DNA from: Zootoca vivipara
Taxonomy: Eukaryota
Reading direction: 5' to 3'
Assembly (NCBI RefSeq): GCF_963506605.1
Contig: NC_083276.1
Location: forward strand, 47,740,001 to 47,804,000
DNA: 64,000 nt
Shown here: piece after piece, positions 35,979-50,420 of the stretch
Layout of the letters: each line of letters begins with the position of its first letter
How positions within the stretch are numbered: the stretch's first letter is position 1
Made by a program: the position numbers and the translations under genes
The notes under the pieces: model-generated
The model's database searches: none
Told to the model about the DNA's origin: nothing
Seen by the model: only the letters and a program-made list of their open reading frames with translations

Positions 35979-37051
35979 TAGTCTCCGTTCTGTTTTCCCT
36001 GTTTTCCCTTAGTGGGGCTAATGGAAACCTCTGGGGGCAACTTAGATCAGGGAAAGAGCATGGTGGGGAAGAGAAAGAATAAATGCCCAATCAAATTAGG
36101 AACTCTGTGGCTTCTCTGAAGTAGAGAAAAGAAATCCAGTCATTAATCTCCTGCATCTTGTGCAATTTGGCGCTTGACATGAGCATAGAGAAAGCACATT
36201 GGACTGGATAAATTGTTAGAAATTAGGGCCCTTCTGAAGATCTGATAAAGACAATGACAGATCAAGAGAGGTGGTATGTTTCAGATTATTGCAAAAGGAT
36301 AATTTGAATAACTTGGGCTACATTTTGAACCTGGAGCCCTCCTAACATAAACTGAGTGTGCACAATAAAAGGTAAAAGATCAAGATGAGCAGACAGGTAG
36401 AGCAAGAAGAACTAGATTGTTGCTCTGACCTGTTGCACCCTAGGTCAGAAGGGCAGGATTTAGGGAGAGCTGCTTGAAAAGCAAGACAAGAATAAAAGAT
36501 GACAGCAGCGGTGGATCTTGAGGAGATCTGCATACATGCAAGACAGGACCTGACAGTGAATAAGATGCTGCAGGTCAGAGCAAGAAAGGAATGTTAGCAG
36601 AATGTTAGCATAGAACTCTAGAGCAGTATCTAAGCCTTATACATCCTTTGCGTAGCTATGGGAGACATTCACATTGGAAAAGCAATAATCTGAGTATATG
36701 TATTACATTTGATATTTATAGCTCACTCTCTTTCCCAAACGACGGCAAACACATTTTTAAAAGGGAGGTTGCAAGTCTGAAACCAACTAGAGTTAAAACT
36801 GTGGCTGCACATTTACAACCGTGGCTGTGTGTGCTCTCCCATTCATTTACTCTGCCTCCGGGACTCTCACACCACTGATTTGGGAAGTGGTGTACACATG
36901 CCATTAGCCACAATCCATATCTATCTTGTCGTTCCTTATGAAACATTGCTTATTGATCCATTCCCCCCCCCCAAAAAAAACCCAGCAAGAGAAGCTGAGA
37001 AAAAGAACAACCTAGTTGTGTTTTAAGCTGGTAATGTTTACATCGCCTTAC

Positions 37052-37099
37052 CTTTTTAACAAGAAAGCCTTCCTTTAGAATTCCACTTCCTTCCTCCAT
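37052..37099 (-). CDS. PLEK2: Pleckstrin-2 coding exon 1 (48 nt)
   Basis: MEEGSGILKEGFLVKK|GTAAG; human MEDGVLKEGFLVKR. Confidence 0.93.
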
Positions 37100-37574
37100 G
37101 CTGATCCAGTAGGAGGTGAATGTGCCTTCCAAGACGTCTGCAAGCAACTGCAAGCCGATCCCTCTGCATGAGGAGTTTTAAAACAGACTGTTTTCTTAAC
37201 CACCTCCTCCTGTGCTGTGACGTCTACTCCCCTCCCTACCCAGGAGACAATAAGCAAATAGTGAGCTGGCACTGGGAGATCACCTGTCCTTAAGGGAATA
37301 CAAAACAGGGAAAGTTTAACAAGGTAATTGTACCATAGCAGTACTTCCCCTAGAACTGTGAATGGATCAAGCTCATTGAATGACTCAGAAGATATTAGTC
37401 AGCCATCCAGATTATACAACACAGGAAGGAGACAGACTTTCTGTAGATAGAAGCCAAGGACTGGAGGTTCCCATGTTTTGCTCACTGGGCATTTCCAGTT
37501 TTTATATATTATTTATTATTATCTCCATGTACTAAAACATAGATCAGGGACAAGCACTGTGGCTACCACAGGAC

Positions 37575-37935
37575 TCGGACTTGACCCAGTATACCTGAAG
37601 GAGTGTCTCCACCGTCATCATTCAGCCCAAACACTGAGGTCCAGCTCCGAGGGACTTCTGGCTGTTCCCTCACTGCGAGAAGTGAATCTACAGGGAACCA
37701 GGCAGAGGGCCTTTTCAGCAGTGGCACCTGCCCTGTGGAACACCCTCCCATCAGATGTCAAGGAAATAAACAAGTATCTGACTTTTAGAAGACATCTGAA
37801 GGCAGCCCTGTTTAGGGAAGTTTTTAATGTTTGATGTTTTATTGTGTTTTTAATATTCTGTCGGGAGCCACCTAGCATGGCTGGGGATATAAATAATAAA
37901 ATTATAAGCCAGATATAAATAATAAAATTATTATT
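37575..37935 (+). mobile_element. L2-type LINE 3' fragment
   Basis: RAFSAVAPALWNTLP...FRRHLKAALF motif. Confidence 0.8.
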
Positions 37936-40900
37936 ATGATGATTATTATTACATGGCAAAAAGGTCATTTGAAAGGAATTTTCCTTAGCTGCAGGGAAAA
38001 GGAGCAATGTAAATGAACTGAATTTAAGAAAGGAAAAATGAAAAACTTGGGGAATCAAAATACAAATATTTCTCCATTCTATGAAAGTATTTTCAATACT
38101 AATGAATTTACTATGCAATGGCTGTGATCCTTACCCAGCACATGTGTGCACCATATCAACATGTATGTTAGGATTCTTAAGCTACATTAGTCCCATCAGT
38201 ACACACAAACACATTCCAGTCTCCTAAGTCATAAACTTGTTAAAAACAACAACACGCTAAAACAAAAAGCAGGTTTATAGTTTGACATAGGGTCAGCTCC
38301 TGGGATAAAAATGGATGAAAATGCAAAAAAACACATTATTGTGCTTGCATAATCTCTCCCACATACATTTTTCATTGTTTTGATTTGTAGCTAAGAGTAG
38401 AATCTAAAGCCTAAAATGTGCATGGGTTTCTATGAAGGGAAGTTCTAGCATACAGAAATCACCTGAGGTGCATACATGGAGAATGTAAACAAAAGTTGTT
38501 GTTGTTGGCATCTGTCTGTCTCAAGAGACAATGGAGTGCGTCTCTGGAGGCAAAGTCTGCATTAGCAGTGCCAAAGTGATGTCCCTGGGGTCCAAGCCTG
38601 GGCAGTGTGCATGGAGGTCCAAGGATATGTTGGAACTACTGGCTCATGCTCCATTTCCAATCCAGTAGATCTAATGTACACACATGGGCTCCCAAAATGC
38701 ACAGAGGGCTTCTGTTTGCACAGGGACTTTTCTCATAACCTCAGTCCCTCCCAGGGACATTTCCAGGTTTACGACACTGCTTCCGACATTGACATGAATG
38801 AGAAAGTCCTAAATTGTACAGAGTTCTGTATTTTTTGTTGTTTTGAATTTACCGACATGTTCTGTATTTTGTATATTTGTGTATTAATTGTTCTCTATTT
38901 TAATGTTTGTTTGCTGTAAGCTGCTCTGGGCCCAGCTTGTTATGGAAAAATGGCACATATAAACCATCAGTCACTCAATATTTGCACTGGAGCCTTATGG
39001 ATCCATAGATAAGGGTGAAAGTCTTTAGAAAAGTGGCTAACGTGTGGGCCTCCAGATGTTGCTTTAAGTTAGCCTTCCTGCTTTAGAAACACCTTTAGGC
39101 TCAAGGCTAGCAACATTCTTCCCTGCTATTGTGAGGCTTACCAGTCTCCCATATCACTGTCTGGTAGAAAGCAGGCTTTGTTGGTCAAAACATATGACTT
39201 AAAGTAGGATCATAGAGATAAGAATTCAGTAAGGGCAAATTCATGCCATGCTTGTAATACTTCTGAAATACTTGCTGTTTTCCCACTTGAGATAACAATC
39301 TGAACTCTTAACAGTGTGAGTCACAGGATAGGAAACATTAGTCACTACATCATCGTCCCACATAGTATCCAGGCTATGGGTGCACAGATGATTGTGGACT
39401 GGGTGGGAGGGAAATAAGAAGGCATCTGATAGAATAATCTGGTATAAGAAGTCAACCCAACAACTTGCTCCCTTATTCTCTTGGCCAGGGGTGGCCAACT
39501 TCTGTATTCCTAGAGACACTTTTCAAACACTGACCTTAGGGCTGGAACTATCTGTGCATTATTCCAGCCAGCTGCACTGGCTGCCTGTTCCTTTCCAAGC
39601 CCACCCCCGCCCACCATGTGAACCTGCCTTAGCCCTGGGTTCAGCTACAGCAGTCCTGCTTGGATGCTGGTAGTAGGGGTAGTTTTATTTTTATTTCAAG
39701 CTCTTTCATAACTAAGATCATAGGTTGCTGATTTTGCTATCTTGGCAATTTTGTTATTATGCACAGGGAGAGAGGAGAGGGAGAAGTTCCATTGTGCTAA
39801 AAGAATTACTTTGTGGATATCATCCTATGGCTTTCAATGCCAATGAGCAGTGTGCTGGCGTATCCTGAAATTGTGACTGCTTTGCTTCTACCCTGCTGAT
39901 ATTACATAGCCAGGAAACAAGTGATGGTCTAGCTTGTCATGCTGTCTGAAAACAGCCTTGTGGTTTGTTTCTTTCTAAATAAGCCAATGACAAACCTTGG
40001 TTACCACTCATAATTTGTTTGGAAAGAAACAAACCACAGGGTTTGATGTAGCAAGTCAGTCTATGGCTTGTTTCCTGGTAGCGGTTGGAACAAAATGCCC
40101 ACTGCCTCAGCATGCTCTTAATTCACATGAAACCAGTTTAACTATGGCTGTGATGTGCAGTCAGGTCAGTGATTGTGGATTAGGGTTTGTATAGTTTAAT
40201 CTTTCTTGAAATGAAATGGTTTTACTGCTCTATTTATATTTTGATTTTCTTGTTAATTTTAAAATGTCTTTATTGTGCATTGTGTATCACTTTGGGAATA
40301 TATTTGTAGCTTGAAAGGTGACTAAGAAGTTTATTAAATAAAATAAATAAAGCAAACTCTAATGGATGATAAGGCTCTAGAAGTTATCAGTGGCAAGGAC
40401 TTAAAAAATGCAAATACAGTACTGGATAGTGGGAAGTCATAAGGGCATGTGTATCAGGGAAAAGGGTAACGCAGGAATAAATGTGCTTCCTGAAAGATCC
40501 CTCACAGATCCTCTCTAGCGTACTTCCGAAAAAGCAATTCAGCGAAATGTACATTCAACGAACGTGGAAAGCCAACATTACTTTTCCTAGAAGAGAAATG
40601 GAGTTCAAAATCTTTTACCATACATATGTTAAACTTAAAATGTCACAAAGAACCAGATTTTTTAAAAATAAAAAACCCCACTACTTTGGGTTTCTTTTCT
40701 AAAATCAAGCAGTATATAAAGTTTATGAAATAAAATAAATAAAACCACCTTGTATTCCTGCTCTCAATACAGCAAAACAATGGGGGAGGGGGAGGTTCAA
40801 AGTCCTGAAAGTTTTCCTGTAAGGAACAAATCTTCACAGACAATTAAAGGAAGTGACTAGATAGGTTTGTTTTGAATGCCAGGGACTCAGAAAGGGTGTT

Positions 40901-41979
40901 GTGGTGGTGCAAGGAGTCTAGAAACCCTCTTAAGGTTATGCCTGAGAGCTCTTAGCTCTCCCTAGCTATAGGAGGCTGTTGTTACAGCCAAGGGTCAATT
41001 GATAACAGAACTGGAAAATACCATTTAGAATCTTTAATACAATTAAAGATTGATATGTACTAATTATTTCTAGTCTCTGCTGAGTGATGGGTTTTTAATG
41101 AGGTAGTTCTAACTTCCGTATTTTGTGCCGCTTTCAGATTTTAATATTGAACTTTACTGTACTATTGTGCTTCTAATCTTTTTATATTGACTTACTGTAT
41201 ACCACCTGGAGTTTCAAGTAACCAATATAAAACACACACATTACCATGTACATTATAGCATTCCACACACAAACAAGGTGGAGGCTGAATATTTGAGTGT
41301 AGGTAAGAGTTCAAAGCAGAGATCTGAATTTCAGCATTGCTTAACTTGTCATCACAAGCAGCTCGATTTAGAAGTAAACATAACCTCATGTCATAGAAGA
41401 CAGGTAGAAGCCTGTATGTGTGTAGGACTCAACACAGACAGTGATGTCAGGCTCATGAAAACAGACATAGCTGCAGGATCTAATCAGAACCAGGTGTTTG
41501 CTTTTTGTTCTGTAGACCACCCACATCAAGAGAGGGAGAAGGGAGAAGTCACCCGTCTGAGATTTCTGTCAGAACTTTTCTGAGGTCCTCAGGATTTCCT
41601 TTGGTGGGAAAAAGTTTGCAGCCATATTTGTATTGTGTGCCATAGGCCTAAGTATTAAATTTATCAGCTACAGGTGTTAATGGTCACCACACTGGAATAC
41701 AACCATTTGAGCTTTCTACCCTGGGAGCAGAAAAGGCTATTTCCCCCAGTGACATTCCTCCCAGTTGGGATTACTGGGAAATACACAATTACACATGAAG
41801 GTTCTCAGGATTTATCTGTTCCACCAAAGGCTGCTGGGAAAATGAAACATGTGATTGTAATCTCTGTAGAATTTTTAGGTGCACTTATCAATGCTTCCTA
41901 AATTGTTGCTATAATATTGAATCTATAATACTATTGAATCTGCATGTTCACTATCTACATTTCCCCTCATGAAATAAGG

Positions 41980-42228
41980 CAGGGGTAGGCAACCTAAGGC
42001 CCGGGGGCCGGATGCGGCCGAATCGCCTTCCCAATCCGGCATGCGGACAGTCCGGGAATCAGTGTGTTTTTACATGAGTAGAATGTGTTCTTTTATTTAA
42101 AATGCATCTCTGAGTTATTTGTGGGGCATAGGAATTCGTTCATCCCCCCCCCCAAATATAGTCTGGACTACCACATGGTTTGATGGACGGTGGACCGGCC
42201 CATGGCGGAAAAAGGTTGCTGACCCCTG
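41980..42228. mobile_element. hAT non-autonomous element
   Basis: CAGGGGTAGGCAACCT...AGGTTGCTGACCCCTG; perfect TSD AAATAAGG. Confidence 0.9.
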
Positions 42229-43086
42229 AAATAAGGGAACCATTACATGAGAAATTGGCCTGATACCTTCCCTTAAACATCAAATGATTAACTTAAAATG
42301 AATGATACCACCTCATTCAAATGTTGTAAGTTAAGATACCTTCTTTCCATAGCAACACTTAAACCCAACAGCCATAAACAGAGAATCTGGATTTTCTAAT
42401 GCACAACAATGGACACAGAAGCGTAGATGTGTAGAGTTGGGCCATTTGAGCTTTCTACCACCTGCAATGCAGGAATCACATTTCACGGTTGTGAGCTAGC
42501 CCAAGACATTTTGTTGCATCAGGCAAAGGACAAGATGGTGCCCTCTGCACCCCCCTTTCCAAATTCCACATTCAGAAGCTGACAGGACTGGCAGTTAAAT
42601 TGACTTTATTTCGCCTTTAGCAGTAAGACCTTTGCCCCTATGTGCATTACAACTCTCTTAAGAATGTAAAAAGAGGAAGAAAAGCCTAGATAAATACCCA
42701 AGAAATTTATTGAATATTTGCATGAGAAGTCTGTGGAGGTGGTTTAATTTCCAGAAACTTCATTACCAGACATACTGAATGGTTGCCCATCTTGATTTGT
42801 TAGATATGAAGATAGTAAATACAACCTTTAGACAATGCCTGGTTTATTGTGGGGAAGGGAATTACATCTTCAGAGAGAAGCATCTTCCCTTTGAGGAAGT
42901 TAAGCAGCACTTTAGAAGCAGATAGCAGATGGTTTCTTGGTTCTTCAAAATTTGGTCTCATTAAAATTTGAAAATATTTAAGTCTTTTCTTGCGGAGTTT
43001 TCAATATCAGACACCTTATCACTCAAAAGTGTTGTCACTGGCTGGTGTTTGTGTAATTGCAACCCTTTTCTTTAATCCCATGCAAT

Positions 43087-43239
<153 letters not shown>

Positions 43240-43918
43240 TTAAGTTATCTTGCAGTGTGACCCAGAAACCAGTTGAACAGACGTGCTTGCATCAAAAAGG
43301 CATCACACAACTAGAGCGACTGCAGCTCGCTTATCCAAATGTTAAAAACAATGATGTATCAATCTGCTAGATATGTTGCCAAAAGGCTGTACAAACAGCA
43401 GTAGTTTGTAATAATGTCCTGCAAATGATGCTGTCGAAGCTCCATCTCAAACACTTATGTGCAGGCCGGAATCCTCAAGGAGGTTTCACTACAGCTCAGT
43501 TTGCAGCATGCTGCCTGGTTTGTGATTGTAGTCTTAAGATCACCACCCAGTTACCTGCAGTACCTTTTCCAACGGTTGCCACTACTAAATAGCTTTTATG
43601 TGTTGTATTTTATTCTGTCAAATTGCTTTGAGACAGTTTATAATAATAATATTTATGTTTTATACCGGCTGAGCAGGTTAAACCTGGAGATAGCATATGA
43701 GATATTACCCAACAACTTCATCAAGTGGATTTCTCTCACAAGACATAAAAGTGCTCTATTGTACTTCAAATCCAAATCGTACCTGTGATGGAGCATTGTG
43801 CTCTGAGAGTATAGTTTCCCCTGGAATCGGCCTTTGGGCTAAATTCCCAATAGCTGCCAGTTGTCGGTTTCAATGTTTGCAGAAGGCAAGCAGAATTTAC
43901 TCGTAGGCATTCTACACA

Positions 43919-44130
43919 CAGTGGTGCCTCGACTTACGAAGGCGGTCCGTTCTGCGGCGCTCTTCGTAAGTCGAAACCTTCGGTTGTCGAAGCGTCCATT
44001 GTGCGCATGCATGAAGCGCGATTTTGCGCTTTGCACAGAACGTGTGTGCGGTGAAAAGACTTCCGGGTTTGCCGACTTTGTAAGTCGAAACCTTCGGAAG
44101 TCGAGGCATTCGGATGTCGAGGTACCATTG
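43919..44130. mobile_element. Tigger/pogo-type MITE
   Basis: CAGTGGTGCCTCGAC...GTCGAGGTACCATTG|TA. Confidence 0.85.
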
Positions 44131-44612
44131 TATACAGTTTCCAGTATCTCTCTACTTGAGATAAGTGACATTTCTAATAAATGGAAGGATCAGTATCAAT
44201 TGTGTGCTGAAAATATGGCTAGTGTTTAATAATCCCTTTAGCATATTTTCTATTAAGATGCCAGCTTCTGCTGCTATGCTATAGTTGGGGGAAAAGGCAA
44301 CTGCGGTGAATAAAGCGCACCATACCCACCCCCTGCTGGACAAAATGAGCAACCTGGAAACCTGCCAGCTGCAGAGCCGGTGACTTTACCTTCACATAAC
44401 CTTTCTTTGCAAACTATTCCCCAGTCCTTACAGACCCATTTTAGCCACTTTTCAGGTCAAGGGAGGGAAAGTGGAAAGAGGGGAGAGAAGGATGCTGTAG
44501 TGTTCTGACTAATGTATGGTTGACCAAGGTTAAATGAGAGTCCCTAAACAAAGACACCTCCCCTCAGCACCAAAGTACAGGGTACACAAAAAGATGGTGT
44601 TCAGATACGGTA

Positions 44613-44828
44613 CAGTCAGACCTCGGGTTACAGACGCTTCAGGTTGTGCGTTTTTGGGTTGCACACTGTGCCTAACCTGGAAGTACCGGAACAGGTTATT
44701 TCTGGTTTTTGGCGCTTTGCGCATGCGCAAAAAGCACCAAACCGCGACCTGTGCATGCACAGACGCGCCATTGCGGGTTGTGAACGTGCCTCCCACACGG
44801 ATCACGTTCGCAACCCGAGGGTCCACTG
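44613..44828. mobile_element. Tigger/pogo-type MITE
   Basis: TA|CAGTCAGACCTCGGGTT...AACCCGAGGGTCCACTG|TA. Confidence 0.85.
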
Positions 44829-45363
44829 TATAAGGATATTAACAGTATGGCCCAAGTACTAAAATAATGGACAAGTAAATTTTTTGGAAGCTCAAACTAC
44901 CACAGCACACCTTGACCTTGGCCTGGTATGGCAACCAGTGCAGATCTCTGGGGTGCTATATGCTGAAAGGGTCTCACTCCTGTTCATAACTATGCTGCAG
45001 CATTCTGCACAAACTGGATCAAGGGGCAAGGGAAGCCACACAGAGTGCCCTGTACTAATCTAATCTTGAAGTCACCCTGAACTACTGTGGAATATTTAGT
45101 GTTAAGTTATAATTATAGTGTATGGTCGCTTTTAATGTCTTGCTATTCTCGTTTTAAAATGTGTATTTTGTTTTGAATCATTATTCTAGTTCAAATGTTG
45201 TATTTTAGTTTTATTTCTTAAAGTCTATAAGCCATTTGGAGGCTTTTTGTGAAAAGTGAAATAAACACAAGATAGTGGATTGGATGGGAGTATCTTTCTT
45301 TCTCCAAAGTTGAGGCCCACAATCTTTAAAATTTGAAGGAGCAGGAAGGTGGTCTTCAGGTTA

Positions 45364-45549
<186 letters not shown>

Positions 45550-46174
45550 CTACAAGAGGTGTGCAAAAACCAAGTCTGGAAAAAATACTGAACCACCACA
45601 GAGAAAAACGGGATTTCCAGGATGTGTAGAAAATGCTACTTTAATATTATAGTAATGGGTAAGGAGCAAAAGAGGACATAACTGTGTCTTGTTTTCTCTT
45701 GCAACGGTTTTTCGCCCCAGTAACAGAAAACGGTTCATATTAAAAATGAAACAATGTGAAATAAATACAGGCAACAGCTATTTTGTATGTGTTCAAGGTA
45801 CATGTGTGCTGTTGTCAGACACGGAATAGGGCATAACAGGGTGAGCTTATAGGTGCCCTGCCGTTGCAAGTGACGATCCGGAATACAACGCCTGCACAAA
45901 TTAGGAGTTATCTGTAACGTAATACCCCCAGTAAAACTGGGACATTCCCAAAGTCATAACTAGATTTCCTTTCAAGTGGACTACCCTGAAAGGATTTCTC
46001 TCACCTCACCACCCTTCTCCATCTCACACACACAATTTACATGAGGTCTATCATGGATGTATGTGTCAAAACCACAAGCAGGTACAGTATTATCCAATGT
46101 CCCAACTGATGCAGGATGCTGCAAATTTCTCATATTCATAGTTTTCCAGAACACACATCTTGGCTATCACTTAC

Positions 46175-46272
46175 TTTGATAGGCATGCTTTCTGTAGAAC
46201 AGCACAGGCCAGCTCTAAGAGCTTCTTTCACTGCATCAATACCCTCGTAGCCATAACAGGCAACTTCAATAT
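46175..46272 (-). CDS. EIF2S1: eIF2-alpha coding exon 5 (98 nt)
   Basis: [32 protein letters not shown]. Confidence 0.98.
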
Positions 46273-47198
46273 CTAGATGGGCCATAATGACAGATTACGT
46301 TAAAACACAGCTAAAATATTATCAAAAAAAGACAGCAGAGATTAAAACCTGTCATTTATTCTATTATTATTTAGCCCTCTGTACAGTATTTTAATATCCC
46401 TCTCATAAATTTATCTCTAATCAGGACAGGTGCACTGAAACTTTGTAGCTAAGACACGGCTTGTCCATACAGACTCCTGCAAAGCAATCATGTTAACAAG
46501 AAGGCAAACTATGGGCATGACAATACTTCAGTTAGATGGTTCCACAGCTGGCTGAACATCCAAGCTTACTGAGAATGACTACATGTCAAACTGTGTGCCA
46601 CAGGGCTCTGTCCTAGTTCCAGCACTGTTCAACATGGTCATAAAAGGGATGCAAAAAAGCCCCTGTGCTTCTCATTTTAACTTGTTTTATTCTTCAGACA
46701 GAATTTCCGTGTAGCACTAATTTATGAGCTAGCAGACATGTCAGGATTAGCCTCAACAATCCTGAAACCACTCCCCAGTGATTCATAACATGGAACTAGT
46801 ATTGCTGTGGTCAAGCCTGATCTTGCATACTAGCATAATTAGCTCTGAGACTGTCATATTCCTTCAAGAAGCTTTAGGGAAGTCCTAAGTTAAAAACATG
46901 AAAAGTTAAATGACTGGTTAGATTGCTCAAGTAACTCACAACTATAAACTCTAAAGGCAAGGAATGACAAGCTTCAGGTAGTTTTACAGCAATCCAGTCA
47001 AACAGCTTATTTGTGTGACCTCATTCACAACATTTTGTACAACATACTGGTATGTGCAGAAAACTTGTTGTCAAAGTAAACTCACCAAGCATATCTTTAT
47101 TCATCCATGTAGGATATTCTTCCATAAGACTGCAATGAGGAACTCAGTCTAAATTAACAAGCCTCGTTTCTTTAATCAATTCTGCTCTGGGGACTTAC

Positions 47199-47305
47199 CT
47201 GCTCGGATTTTGACTGCTTGTGGTGTCAGGCGCCTATTGATATTATCAATTAGCACACGCTTCTCATCTTCTGTCAGATCCAGTCCATCAAGGATTGCAG
47301 GATCC
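47199..47305 (-). CDS. EIF2S1: eIF2-alpha coding exon 4 (107 nt)
   Basis: [35 protein letters not shown]. Confidence 0.98.
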
Positions 47306-48088
47306 CTAGTAAAAGACCCATAAATGTAAGCCTGCCAGCATTCCTTAAAATGCATTTTAACAGGAGAGAAAGGACCAACATTGAGGCATTTCTCAACACT
47401 GATAATGGAAAGCAGGAGGGATTTGCGTGAACTTGTTCTCCAGTCTTTCTCCTGCCTATGGTTAAGAAATAGGTACTGGCCTAAATCATTCAAGGCATCA
47501 TTTATTTGTAAACACAATTTACAATACAATACTGTCCAAGCAGTATTACAAAATGTAACTTTTTATCAACATAAATTTAAACCATTACATCCTTTAAAAA
47601 CAGTATTTTGACCATATTCTTACCCTTATCATTGTGAGCATGCACTTATTATTCTAGTACATTAGTCCATTTTTCTGTGAAATCTTGTAATCTTTGTTCT
47701 CTGACTCTGATGTTGTATACTAGTTATATTTTCTATTTAATTTATTATAGAAAAGTAGTATGTTCTTTATTTCAGAGCATTACCAGAACATATTAAATAC
47801 ATCTGAGCTATGCAGTGCTCCCCCCTAAAATAACATTTAGGGGTACTCTAATTTTCTTACTCATATTGAAATACTGCCCCTCAATGAGGCCAAACTTATA
47901 TTCACAAAATGTTTAGGAGTATGTGTACCTTGTGTACCCCCCCAAGAAAAAAAGCACTGCAGCTATGTCAATTTCACCTTCAACAATTGTTACTATGCCC
48001 TGTATACATTTTATTAAGGCTAACAGGGAGTTAGATACCATAAAAACAGAATTTTTACAAAAAAACCTCCTTGTACCATAACAGACAA

Positions 48089-48424
48089 GGGATGCATGTG
48101 GCGCTGTTGTTTAAACCACTGAGCCTAGGGCTTGCCGATCAGAAGGTCAGCGGTTCGAATCCCCGCGATGGGGTGAGCGCCCATTGCTCGGTCCCTGATC
48201 CTGCCAACCTAGCACGTCAAGTGCAAGTAGATAAATAGGTACCGCTCCGGCGGGAAGGTAAACGGCGTTTCCATGCACTGCTCTGGTTTGCCAGAAGCAG
48301 CTTAGTCATGCTGGCCACATGACCCGGAAGCTGTCTGCGGACAAACGCCGGCGAGATGAGTGCCGCAACCCCAGAGTCATCCGCGACTGGACTTAATGGT
48401 CAGGGGCTCCTTTAGCTTTACCTT
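48089..48424 (+). mobile_element. Sauria SINE
   Basis: Family sequence; 12-bp TSD CCATAACAGACA. Confidence 0.9.
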
Positions 48425-48995
48425 GCCATAACAGACACTTTGAATTTTATACATGTTTCCAAATATAATTCCATCATATGGTAAGAGCTTGCTATCACTT
48501 ATCTAAGCAGTTAAAATCTAACACAAACCTTGTGCATCATTAGTCTTAACTTGATCTGCACATTCTACTATGGCTGTTAAGTTTGTAGTGCTCTATGGTA
48601 AGGCTGCATCTCAACTGCCTTAATTCAGTTTGCAGGTAGGGGCTCATGTGACCACATGAATTTGATACAAAACAAATCCATTTCAAATAGACCAGTGAAA
48701 TGAAGGATTCTTGCAAAGCCTTCTCAGGAACATGTTTTAATATGAAGAAACATTCCATCAATAGCAATGAGCATGAACAAGAAATGAATGCGGAAAGGTA
48801 CTCCTGCAGGCTACTCTGTAGTCTAATATTTATTTCCCCTTAAACCTTATTAAAATATAAACATTACCAAAAGTTGCTGTATCTGAGCTGACATTTGCTG
48901 ATCAGTCAGGCACAGAAGGTTCGTTGCATATGACATTTTATAGCAAACTAAACCCACTGAAAGGGGTAATACAAGCTGAAAAAGTAGTGTACTTA

Positions 48996-49148
<153 letters not shown>

Positions 49149-49423
49149 CTACATACAACAAGGAAGATGTCCAGAAATGCATACAATTACTTCCAATGCG
49201 GAGAATAAATAATATGAAAAAATACAAAAGGGTGACAACTGCTTGTGCATTTTGCACATTAAGATACCCTTTCTGAAAGAAACACTGGCCACCTTCACAC
49301 CTAACACTAAGTCAAACCATGGCTTAACACAAAGATGCTGGCCCCTGGTAAGGAGAACACAAGCCACTTTGCTCCACCCCAGTTCTTTTAGCTTTACATA
49401 GCAGCTAATCATGGCCAAGGAGG

Positions 49424-50420
49424 AATCATAGCATTGTAGAGTTGGAAGGTACCCAGAGGGTCATTCTAGTCCAACCCTTTACAATGTAGGAATCTCAATT
49501 AAAGCATACATGACAGATGAATATCAAACCATTGCTTAAATACCTCCACAGAAGTAGAGTCCATTGGGAATGTGTTCCATTGTCAAGCAGGTCTTACTGT
49601 CAAAAAGATCTTCCTGATGTTTAGTCGAAATCTCTTTTCTTGTAACCGTAATCCATTGGTTTGTGTCCTACCCTCTGGAGCAGGAATAAACAAGCTTGCT
49701 CCATTTTTCATGTGACAGCCCTTTAGATATTTGAAGGTGGCTATATTGAAGGTGGCTATATTGAAGGTGACTCTTTTCCAGTCTAAACATACCCAGTGTC
49801 CTCAACCATTCCTCATAAGGTTTGGTTTCAGGACCCTTGGTCATCTTGGTTGCCCTCCTCTGCACATGTTCCAGCTTGGACAAAGTACTGTTACTTCCCT
49901 TGATCTGGACACTATACCTCTGTTGATACAGCCTAGAGCAGCATTAGTTTTTTTAAGGTTTTTTTTTTTTTGCTGCATCACACTGTTGGCTCATGCTAAG
50001 CTTGTGGTCTACTAAGATCCCCAAATCCTTTTTCACCTGGACTACCGGCAAGCCAGGTGTCTCCCATCTTATATTAGTGCAGCTGGTTCTTCCTGCCTAA
50101 GTTTAGAAGCTTACATTTGTCCCTATTGAAATGCATTTTGTTGGTTTTGGCCCAGTTCTCCAATCCACTACAGTCATCTTGGATCCTGATTTGGTCCTCT
50201 GTGACATTGGTTATCCCTCCCAGTTTGGTGTCACCGGCAAATTTGATGAGCATCCCCTCAATACCCTCCTTCAAGTCATCTATAAAGATGCTGAACAACA
50301 ATGAGCCCAGGAAAGAACCCTACAGCACCTCACCTGTCATCCTTTTTTTGACAATGATGAACCATTATTGATCACTCTTTGGGTTTGGCCAGTCAACTAG
50401 TTACACCTCCATCTAATAGT
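49424..50420 (-). mobile_element. Degenerate CR1 LINE (RT and 3' end)
   Basis: LFSIFIDDL...KFAGDTKLGG...MHFNRDKCK and [11 protein letters not shown] motifs. Confidence 0.88.

Noticed and set aside
43919-44130. Repeated CGTAAGTCGAAACCTTCGG units resembling CRISPR repeats
   Set aside because: Sub-terminal repeats of a Tigger-type MITE in a vertebrate intron; no spacer array or cas genes
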